A stretch of 64,000 nucleotides of DNA from Euprymna scolopes (Eukaryota), in NCBI GenBank assembly GCA_053919585.1, contig CM132813.1; one strand, 5' to 3'. The translations under genes were made by a program, and so were the position numbers. The notes beneath the pieces are model-generated. The model ran no database searches. It saw only the letters and a program-made list of their open reading frames with translations, and was not told the origin of the DNA. The number at the start of each line of letters is the position of its first letter. The first letter of the stretch is position 1. Positions 9,873-20,200 of this stretch are shown one piece after another.

Positions 9873-10238
9873 GGTGTGTGGGTGTGCATCTGCATGTCTC
9901 TGTGTGTGCGTCTGAGTGTGTTATAGTTATCGAAAACTAAAATCGATGCGATATATTTTTATTTGAAATTAATTTTCAACTAATAAAATAGCTGAGAAAA
10001 CGTGACATTTAAATATATAAAAAACACTTTTGGAGCAGACATTATATGGACATCATAACAAAAACGAGATTTCAATTTTCAGCAAAGGTGACTAATTTAT
10101 TTCATACGAATTGGAGCTTGCAAAAATAAAACATAAAACATTACATGAAAATACTGAAGAAAATAAAGCTTAAAATAAAAAGTTTATTTTTCGCTGAGCT
10201 ACATTTTAAAAAATTAGCATTGATTTTAATAACAAGAG

Positions 10239-10302
<64 letters not shown>

Positions 10303-10853
10303 GAGCAAACAGTTAATAAAACATGTTAAAAACACTTTGAAATGAGTTAAAAAAATATTTTATCTGAAAAGGAAACACTCGATAAGTGGATAGTCCTTAA
10401 TCCACGGAGTTTCGAAGAAATACTTTCCTTCTCATCAGAGTGTAGGAATTAGCAAAATGCAGGAACGGATTTTGCAAGCAAAAGTATTTGATGAAACAAC
10501 AAGTAAGTCAAAGATCTTACTTGATAACAAAAAAGTGAAGCACAGGTAATATGGGGAAGAAAAAGGTGATTACACATGAATGGATAGTCTGGTGGAAGAT
10601 AAATAATCCAGTAACGGTAAAATCCAAAAATATGACTTCAAGAAAGTTAATTGAATTTCCATTTGCACAAGTAAAATCCAAGGAAATCCCGTAATTGGAA
10701 GAAGATGGTCCATAATAATCCAAAGGCAGAAATCAATGGAATAATTCACAAAAATGTGTACAAGGAAAAAAGGAAAAAATTCCAATAATATTAATAAAAG
10801 AAAAATAAGATATGCTTTTTTACTCTACTGCCGAGACAAAATTATCTATATTT

Positions 10854-10921
<68 letters not shown>

Positions 10922-10971
10922 ATTAGAATAGCAAAATTTTAAAATGAGGAATGTTATAAAATAAATAAGTC

Positions 10972-11287
10972 GATTAAAACATCACGAATTGTAATAAAAC
11001 CCGAACGCTTTTCGTCAGACAAATTTTTCAAGGATATATGTCTGAAAGAAGGAAAAAACTGTTTTTTGTAGAAATACTAATACTAATGCGAAACGGATAG
11101 AAACGAAAAAAAATGGGGACACATTCAATTTAAGTTTTTTTTTCTTCGTTTATATCCCTTTCGTATTAGTATTTCTATAAAAAAAAACAACAACAAAGGT
11201 GTTTCCTTCTTTCAGACATATATCCTCGATGAGTTTGTCTGACGAAAAGACCTTCAGGTTTTATTACAATTCGTGATTTTTTTAATC
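10972..11287. mobile_element. Fold-back element A: imperfect inverted arms of about 140-150 bp, about 25-bp spacer, hammerhead-like motif in each arm
   Basis: atcacgaattgtaataaaacc / ggttttattacaattcgtgat; ggatatatgtctgaaagaaggaaa / tttccttctttcagacatatatcc; tagaaatactaatac / gtattagtatttcta. Confidence 0.85.
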
Positions 11288-11288
11288 A

Positions 11289-11368
<80 letters not shown>

Positions 11369-11375
11369 CAGTAAT

Positions 11376-11561
11376 ATGTTTCGGACAGCTAGTTAATTGT
11401 ATCGCTTGAAGAGGTCTGTAGCTATTAGAGCTACAGACCTCTTCAAGCGATACAATTTATACGAAAGCAAAATTTGCAATCTTGGATGCAAACTTTGCTT
11501 TCACATAAGCTGTACGGCCCGAGGAGGTCTCTAGTTAATAATGACTAGCTGACCGAAACAT
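11376..11561. mobile_element. Fold-back element B: imperfect palindrome with hammerhead-like motif and an internal perfect 29-bp hairpin
   Basis: atgtttcggacagctagt / actagctgaccgaaacat termini; centre gaaagcaaaatttgca-atcttgga-tgcaaactttgctttc; perfect inverted repeat 11395-11423 / 11429-11457. Confidence 0.85.
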
Positions 11562-11709
11562 GCTCATGGCGATGTAGCATCATATTATTGATTATGTAAA
11601 AACAAATAGAAATTTTACTTTGCCCTACTTCGGTATTAAACATTCGTGTATTAACTTCATTGGTTACTTTACTTCTGGAAAATAATACCATTGGATTATA
11701 TATATATAT

Positions 11710-11782
<73 letters not shown>

Positions 11783-11783
<1 letters not shown>

Positions 11784-12211
11784 TAGCCTTGCTTCCCAGC
11801 GTTGCCCGGGTGTTTGGAGGTGTATGCTGAGCAAAAAAAAAGTTAATTTTTTTAAACTTTGACCCCTATTATTACTCCTTAAAATTTATTGTTTTGGGCT
11901 CAAATCAAGTTATTATGTTAGATCCATGCCGAAGGAACATATATCTAAAATTTCAAGTGTTTAGACCCTAAATTGTCGGAGGAGTTTGGTAGAGTTCTCA
12001 AACGTCAAATCGTTGAACTTTGACCCCTTAACAGCCAAATTTCTAGCCGAAAACCAATGTCAAAGATTCTCCGAAATCTCAGTACCCTGTATATCAAATT
12101 TCGAGTTTATAGACTAAAAATTGACAAAGTTATTGCGTAGGGAAATGTACACAGACACTCAGACACACAGGCAGGCACACAGACACATAGGCAGACACAC
12201 AGACACCTTCA

Positions 12212-12220
<9 letters not shown>
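11783..12220 (-). mobile_element. Non-autonomous Helitron-like element, copy 1, embedded in (TA)n
   Basis: Minus strand: TATATAAAAGTGAA plus (GTCT/GTGT)n at the 5' end; subterminal CCCGGGCAACGCTGGG hairpin, then CTAG|T 3' end at 11783. Confidence 0.8.
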
Positions 12221-12283
<63 letters not shown>

Positions 12284-12284
<1 letters not shown>

Positions 12285-12940
12285 TAGTATTTCAGCCCGG
12301 CGTTGCCCGGGTGTTTGGAGGTGTATGTTTAGAAAAAAAAAGAAAAAGAAAAAGCGGTCAATTTTTTTAAACTTTGACCCCTATTATGTCCCCTTAACAT
12401 TTATTGTTTTGGACTCAAATCAAGTTATTAAGTTATATCCAAGACCAAGGAACCTATATCTAAAATTTCAAGTGTTTAGACCCACAATTGGCGGAGGAGT
12501 TTGGTAGAATTCTCAAAGGTCAAATCGTTGAACTTTGACCCCTTGCTCGGGTGTTTGGTGGTGTATGCTGAGCAAAAAAAAAACAAACAAACAAAAAAAA
12601 TGGTTAATTTTGTAACACTTTGACCCCTATTATGACCCCTTAAAATTTATTGTTTCGGGCTCAAATCACTTTATTAAGTTTATCAAGTGTCTAGACCCAA
12701 AATTGTCGGAGGAGTTTGGTAGAGTTCTTAAAGGTCAAATCGTTGAAATTTGACCCCTTAACAGCCAAATTTCTGGCTGACACCCGTCACATCGATTTTC
12801 CCAAATCTCAGTACCCGGTATTTCAAATTTCGAGTCTATAGACTAAAAATTGACAGAGTTATTGCGTAGGGAAATGTACACAGACAGACAGACAGACAGA
12901 CACACACACAGACAGACAGACACGTTCACTTTTATATATA
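12284..12940 (-). mobile_element. Non-autonomous Helitron-like element, copy 2, with an internal duplication of about 220-240 bp
   Basis: Same architecture as 11783-12220 (CCCGGGCAACGCCGGG hairpin, CTAG end at 12284); block cgggtgtttgg..aggtcaaatcgttgaa.tttgacccctt occurs twice (about 12308-12544 and 12548-12758). Confidence 0.8.
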
Positions 12941-13565
12941 TATATATATAAATCAGTAAATCAGAAGCCTTTAATATTTCTAGAATATTGTCTCTTCTTC
13001 GAAAGAAAGTCGTTAAAAATGGAAAATATCGTAAGGAAACGGAACCGGAAGTGAGCTTCGTTGAACAGTCAAGCAGAAATAGAACTTTTTAAGCCTAACT
13101 TGTTCTGTATTTTAATAATTGTTATTTGTATATTTTAATTAAGGTCGGAAGTAATCATAATAACGGCGCTACTTGAATATACAATGTGACGTCATGGGAA
13201 CAAAGTTTTATATTAAAATTTATTTAGATATTTCTATTAAGATTTTGTCTGTGTGTTGTTATTAAATATGGTTATCATATATTTTTTTCCATTGAAATAT
13301 AATATTTTCTTAATTAATTAATTTTCGTTTATTTTTTTTTAGTTATTTATTTTGTTTTGTTTATTGTTATTATTATTTTAAATTTTTATTCACGCGATTT
13401 TGTGGTAACTATGCGAAAGAATGTTTAAACAGCAGAGGCGTTGTAATATAGCCCGTATAACTGCCAAAGTATTGCTATTTCTTATAAAACATTTTTTATA
13501 AAAGCAATTCTTAAAACCACTTACGTATAATAGTGATAATGAACTTGAATTTTTGAGATGAGAAT

Positions 13566-14196
13566 TGGTTATTCGTCTTTAGAATCATCAGACTACTGTT
13601 CTCATCTTGAGTGTAATTTTTCACGGAGTTTTGGTTGATGTAACCTCTGACCTTCTTCAGGTGTATCTTGTCGAATTCGGGAATGTTTCTGTCGAACTCA
13701 GGAATTTCGATTATTTACTTCACGGGGGTAGTATGCTCTTGTTCCATCAGCCATGGCTGGATAGTAAGTAATTCACAAGTGTATTTTTCGGTCGCCCACA
13801 CTGAGAATGTAATCTTCAGGAAATTATCACTTTTACAATTGATTTTTTCAAGTACTCTAACCGCTGCGCAGTTGTTAGAGTACTTGGAAAAATCAATTGT
13901 AAAAATTGATATTCTCCTGAAGGTTAAAGATTAAGTCGTCGGTGTGGGCAACCGAAAAATACAATTGCTAATTAATTAGGACTTCTATCCAGTCATGGCT
14001 GACGAAACAATAGCAAGCTACTTCCGTGAAGTAAATTCAGCTCGAAATTCCGTCCAAATTCCCGAGTTCGACAGAAACATTCACAAGTTCGACACGATAC
14101 ATGTGGAGAAGGTTGGAGGTTACATCGACCGAACCGTTGTCAAAATCACACTCAAGATGAGAACAGTAGTCCGATTCATCTAAATAATACGAACCA
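13566..14196. mobile_element. Fold-back element C: about 630-bp imperfect palindrome with almost no spacer; Penelope pLTR-like hammerhead motif in each arm
   Basis: Axis at tgcgca (about 13865-13870) within aagtactctaac..gttagagtactt; arms gactactgttctcatcttgagtgt / acactcaagatgagaacagtagtc and gaatgtttctgtcgaactc / gagttcgacagaaacattc. Confidence 0.88.
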
Positions 14197-15030
14197 CTTG
14201 CGAATAATAGTGGTAATGGACCAGATATCAAACGTGCATTCTTGTGGATTGGCAAACAAAATAAGTGGAAAGAAAGTGTTTAACGTCTATGTCATTTATT
14301 ATTTAATGCTTTATTAAATTATGACATATTTTAAACTAGAAAGGTACATGCACAGACGTTGCCCAGGATGACTTCTGATAGCAACATTGTCTGGGAACGT
14401 TATAGCCTAAGCCGCAAAAGAGACTAAAATAGTAAGAAAAAAAAATTCAACTCGCTTTATTTTGTTATACAAGGACATTTATCTCATCGTTCTCTCGTTA
14501 CAGCTGTGACGTCTCTCGCGTGATCGTTTTCTCTAGCGTTATCTTACGTGATAGTCCCTCTATCGAGTTTACGAACGTTCTTTCTGTCGCTAACGTGATC
14601 TCCTTTTTAAAGCTTATTCCCCTACCAGTGACGTCATTTCGCATGTCTGTGAATATTTGCGTTCAAGCTATGTTACAGCAACAGACTTACATAGAACAGG
14701 TAATTGCTTTGGAGAGAGTGGCTAATAATATAGCACCTTACAACAACAAATTACACAAATTACAATTCATCATATTCTTACCCTAAGCTGTCTTTAAAAG
14801 TATGCAACTTCAGTTCAATGAATTAATATTTCTCCATTCTCACCAACTAATAATAATCTTTAACTAACAATAGAGTAAGAACAGAGGCCTCTGTGGGCTG
14901 ATAAAATAATCAAATATTTTTTGATTGAAACAATGAATTTATTGTAGCGACAAATGTTAATTTTGTTTACTTGAAATAAAACGATATATATATATATATA
15001 GAGAGAGAGATATATAGATATATATAGATA

Positions 15031-15597
15031 TATATATATAAAGTAAGAAGTGTGTGTGAGGATACTTCTCAACGAATTTTGCATCTGAAATTTGGTATAT
15101 AGAGTGTTCAAATAGGTGGAAAACATTTAGTCGGTTTTCATCCGGAAAAAAAGCCTGCTAAGGGATGAAAATTAAAAACTGGTACGTGGGAGGCTACTGG
15201 ATTATTTACTTTTTTCAACTCTTTCACGACTGAGCATGCGCGGTCGTAAAAATGACAACTTCCTTGTGCTAAGTAGTAGTTGGTTTGAAAACACTCTTTG
15301 AAAGTCATTTCAAGCTGGTGTAATGGTTATCATACTTGATCCACTATATTAAGGTTTTGGTTTCGATTTCAGCTCGAGTATTTTTTTATTTACAAGATAT
15401 GAACTCGTTAGAAAAAAAAATAATGCTCGTATGAACATATCTCAGTTTCTTTCCGTATTTGTTTTTTTTTTTATTCATTTTTTAAATGGAATTTAATGTT
15501 TCATAGCTATGGTATTTCTGTTTATAATAAATAAGAATTCTGCATTAATTACATATATGCGTATTTTACGACAGGGCAACGACAGGCAGCTTGCTAG
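15031..15597 (+). mobile_element. Diverged non-autonomous Helitron-like element between two (TA)n runs
   Basis: Starts tatatataaagtaagaag(tg)n, contains tgaaatttggtata, ends acagggcaacgacaggcagcttgCTAG|T, resembling the 3' ends at 11783 and 12284. Confidence 0.6.
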
Positions 15598-15604
15598 TAT
15601 ATAT

Positions 15605-15676
<72 letters not shown>

Positions 15677-16328
15677 ATAAATTAAAAGTATACCAGGACA
15701 GGTTCGACTATTCGCTAAAAGACCAGTTCCCCACCGAGTTTATTTTCCTTTTGTAAAGATGAAAATTAATATATAATCCTATTAAACGCTATGCATAGAA
15801 TCCTTATTCAAGTTTTGATCAGGATTACCCCCCCCCCAAAAAAAATAAATAAATAAATTATGAGTCTTGGAGCACAGTTGCTAGTCATTTGAGGGCTCAC
15901 ATTTTGACAACATTTATTTTGCACTTTTATGCCAAGTATTCCATGAAAATGGCTTTTACTCGTTACTTATATTTTTTTAGCAGCAGCTGATTCAATACCT
16001 TCTCATTTCAAAGTTGCAATAACATTATCAAATTGTTTTGTCTTCATTCAAATAAAAACATCGTTAACAAAGATAGACATTTTGTCAGTCCCCCCAAGCC
16101 GAATCTTCACTTTTGCAAAGAATAATCACCTGCCTTTAAAAGTCTGAAAAATTGTTTTCTGCCCTCTTCATCCATAATTTGGATATCATAATCGAGGAAA
16201 TGTATAAGCTCGACTCAACAAAACTTAAACAATAATAGAGTTTTTATTAAATACTATACACACATTTTTGAATAAACAAACTGTTTTGAAGCAACGTTCA
16301 GATGCAAATATCTTTTTTTTTAAATCAT

Positions 16329-16620
16329 TTTTGGTCCCATGACAAAAGGAGGTTGGACCTGTAAATTCACCCTTATTTGTTCGCCCGTCCCTCTGTCTGC
16401 ACTTTTCTCAATAATTACCACTTAGAATTTTTTAAAATTTTGCACAAACATTAAACATGATATGAGTAAGAAAGTAACAGAACGGATTTACCTAGAAAAC
16501 TCCGGTTGCCCCACTAGGGGTGCGTGCCGGGTTAAAATGGTTAAAATTGACACTTTTGTGCTTATTACAAAATATTAGTGCCTTAGATTTTTATAAAACT
16601 TTCTGAAAAGTTGTAATTGA
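16329..16620 (+). mobile_element. Helentron/DINE-1-like non-autonomous element fragment (tentative)
   Basis: ttttggtcc...ggacc short subterminal inverted repeat, then a gtcc/gtct-like tract, ttttctca and aaattttgcaca core-like motifs; right boundary uncertain. Confidence 0.45.
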
Positions 16621-16954
16621 TTTTTATATAATTTTGTTTGTCTATACTTCGCTATAACTCTTGGGTGTGCCACAAGGGCTCTTTTAGGGCTAATAAAAAC
16701 ACTCAATTTTTGGGACTATTTTACCATATTTGTCCAAAATTGTCTGTGTTTCTACTTAGCAGGTTTGCGTAGTGCTGGACTCAAATTTAAATATGTTAAG
16801 GCCTTGGTAACTTTTGGGGCTAAATGGGAGGGGCTAATGCTGAACTTAGTCATTTTTTATAGAGAGGAAAGAATTTGCACTGAGACAATCCCCCTCTCTA
16901 AACAATTGCCACATTGAACCAAAAAAGAAGAGCAAGTACACATCATTGGAAGAA

Positions 16955-17034
16955 ACAATACATACATACATACATACATACATACATACATACATACATA
17001 CATGGTAACAGACAAGTGAGATTTATATTATAGA
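16955..17034 (-). mobile_element. 5' end of a Helitron-like element with a (GTAT)n microsatellite
   Basis: Minus strand A|TCTATAATATAAATCTCACTTGTCTGTTACCATGTATGTATG...: TC start, TATAAA and tetranucleotide repeat; no matching 3' end found. Confidence 0.5.
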
Positions 17035-17208
17035 TAATAATAAAATATGAATTATGGTACATGAAAATGATATCTCGATAGAAAAAGGTTAGATTTAGAA
17101 TCAGGATATTTTTCACACCGAAACAGATCGTAAGTGGCATTACTGTTTAAAGTTTGAAGTCTGTTGCAAAGTGTAATCAACGAATCTGATGATTTCCGGA
17201 GTCTCTGA

Positions 17209-20200
17209 CCAATTTCTAGACTTTCATTTCTAAATTAGACTGCATTCCCAACTCTAGATTTTCATTTCTAGATTAGACTGCATTCCCAATTCTAGATTTT
17301 CGTTTCTAGATTAGACTGCATTCCCAACTCTAGATTTTCATTTCTAGATTAGACTGCATTCCCAATTCTAGATTTTCATTTCTAAATTAGACTGCATTCC
17401 CAACTCTAGATTTTCATTTCTAAATTAGACTGCATTCCCAATTCTAGATTTTCATTTCTAAATTAGACTGCATTCCCAACTCTAGATTTTCATTTCTAGA
17501 TTAGGCTGCATTCCCAATTCTAGATTTTCATTTCTAAATTAGACTGCATTCCCAATTCTAGATTTTCATTTCTAAATTAGACTGCATTCCCAACTCTAGA
17601 TTTTCATTTCTAAATTAGACTGCATTCCCTACTCTAGATTTTCATTTCTAAATTAGACTGCATTCCCAACTCTAGATTTTCATTTCTAAATTAGACTGCA
17701 TTCCCAACTCTAGATTTTCATTTCTAAATTAGACTGCATTCCCAATTCTAGATTTTCATTTCTAGATTAGGCTGCATTCCCAATTCTAGATTTTCATTTC
17801 TAGATTAGGCTGCATTTTCATTTCTAGATTAGACTGCATTCCCAATTCAAGATTTTCATTTCTAGATTAGACTGCATTCCCAATTCTAGATTTTCATTTC
17901 TACATTAGACTGCATTCCCAATTCTAGATTTTCATTATTCATTAGACTGCATTCCCAATTCTAGATTTTCATTTCTAGATTAGGCTGCATTTTCATTTCT
18001 AGATTAGACTGCATTCCCAATTCTAGATTTTCATTTCTAAATTAGACTGCATTCCCAACTCTAGATTTTCATTTCTAGATTAGGCTGCATTCCCAATTCT
18101 AGATTTTCATTTCTAAATTAGACTGCATTCCCAATTCTAGATTTTCATTTCTAGATAAGACTGCATTCCCAACTCTAGATTTTCATTTCTAGATTAGGCT
18201 GCATTCCCAATTCTAGATTTTCATTTCTAAATTAGACTGCATTCCCAATTCTAGATTTTCATTTCTAGATTAGACTGCATTCCCAACTCTAGATTTTCAT
18301 TTCTAGATTAGACTGCATTCCCAATTCTAGATTTTCATTTCTAAATTAGACTGCCTTCCCAACTCTAGATTTTCATTTCTAAATTAGACTGCATTCCCAA
18401 CTCTAGATTTTCATTTCTAAATTAGACTGCATTCCCAACTCTAGATTTTCATTTCTAAATTAGACTGCATTCCCAACTCTAGATTTTCATTTCTAAATTA
18501 GACTGCATTCCCAACTCTAGATTTTCATTTCTAAATTAGACTGCATTCCCAATTCTAGATTTTCATTTCTAAATTAGACTGCATTCCCAATTCTAGATTT
18601 TCATTATTCATTAGACTGCATTCCCAATTCTAGATTTTCATTTCTAAATTAGACAGCATTTTCATTTCTAGATTAGACTGCATTCCCAATTCTAGATTTT
18701 CATTTCTAGATTAGACTGCATTCCCAATTCTAGATTTTCATTTCTAAATTAGACTGCATTCCCAATTCTAGATTTTCATTATTCATTAGACTGCATTCCC
18801 AATTCTAGATTTTCATTTCTAGATTAGGCTGCATTTTCATTTCTAGATTAGGCTGCATTCCCAATTCTTGATTTTCATTTCTAGATAAGACTGCATTCCC
18901 AATTCTAGATTTTCATTTCTAGATTAGACTGCATTCCCAATTCTAGATTTTCATTATTCATTACACTGCATTCCCAATTCTAGATTTTTATTTCTAGATT
19001 AGGCTGCATTTTAATTTCTAGATTAGACTGCATTCCCAATTCTAGATTTTCATTTCTAAATTAGACTGCATTCCCAATTCTAGATTTTCATTTCTAAATT
19101 AGACTTCATTCCCAATTCTAGATTTTCATTTCTAAATTAGACTGCATTCCCAATTCTAGATTTTCATTTCTAAATTAGACTGCATTCCCAATTCTAGATT
19201 TTCATTATTCATTAGACTGCATTCCCAATTCTAGATTTTCATTTCTAGATTAGGCTGCATTTCTAGATTAGACTGCATTCCCAACTCTAGATTTTCATTT
19301 CTAGATTAGACGGCATTCCCAATTCTAGATTTTCATTTCTAGATTAGACTGCATTCCCAATTCTAGATTTTCATTTCTAGATTAGACTGCATTCCCAATT
19401 CTAGATTTTCATTTCTAGATTAGGCTGCATTTCTAGATTAGACTGCATTCCCAATTCTAGATTTTCATTTCTAAATTAGACTGCATTCCCAATTCTAGAT
19501 TTTCATTTCTAAATTAGACTGCATTCCCAACTCTAGATTTTCATTATTCATTAGACTGCATTCCCAATTCTAGATTTTCATTTCTAAATTAGACTGCATT
19601 CCCAATTCTAGATTTTCATTTCTAGATTAGACTGCATTCCCAACTCTAGATTTTCATTATTCATTAGACTGCATTCCCAATTCTAGATTTTCATTTCTAA
19701 ATTAGACTGCATTCCCAATTCTAGATTTTCATTTCTAAATTAGACTGCATTCCCAATTCTAGATTTTCATTATTCATTAGACTGCATTCCCAATTCTAGA
19801 TTTTCATTTCTAGATTAGGCTGCATTTTCATTTCTAGATTAGACTGCATTCCCAATTCTAGATTTTCATTTCTAGATTAGACTGCATTCCCAATTCTAGA
19901 TTTTCATTTCTAAATTAGACTGCATTCCCAATTCTAGATTTTCATTTCTAGATTAGACTGCATTCCCAATTCTAGATTTTAATTTCTAAATTAGACTGCA
20001 TTCCCAATTCTAGATTTTCATTTCTAGATTAGACTGCATTCCCAACTCTAGATTTTCATTTCTAGATTAGACTGCATTCTTAATTCTAGATTTTAATTTC
20101 TAAATTAGACTGCATTCCCAATTCTAAATTTTCATTTCTAAATTAGACTGCATTCCCAATTCTAGATTTTCCTTTCTAGATTAGGCTGCATTCCCAATTC

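Noticed and set aside
10330-10800. Purine-rich stretch that could be a decayed retroelement coding fragment
   Set aside because: No motif I could recognise with confidence; needs a translated search.
14335-14370. actag...cgttgcccagg, resembling a minus-strand Helitron 3' end
   Set aside because: The hairpin is degenerate and I could not define the rest of an element.
7337-17140. Small 60-128 aa ORFs (YIYIYI, YVCM-type, and those in palindrome C)
   Set aside because: They arise from microsatellites, AT-rich repeats or TE sequence; only 8775-8975 contains real (mariner) coding remnants.
17186-17210. CTGATGA just before the satellite as another hammerhead core
   Set aside because: No stem II and GAAA follow; a 7-mer is expected by chance.
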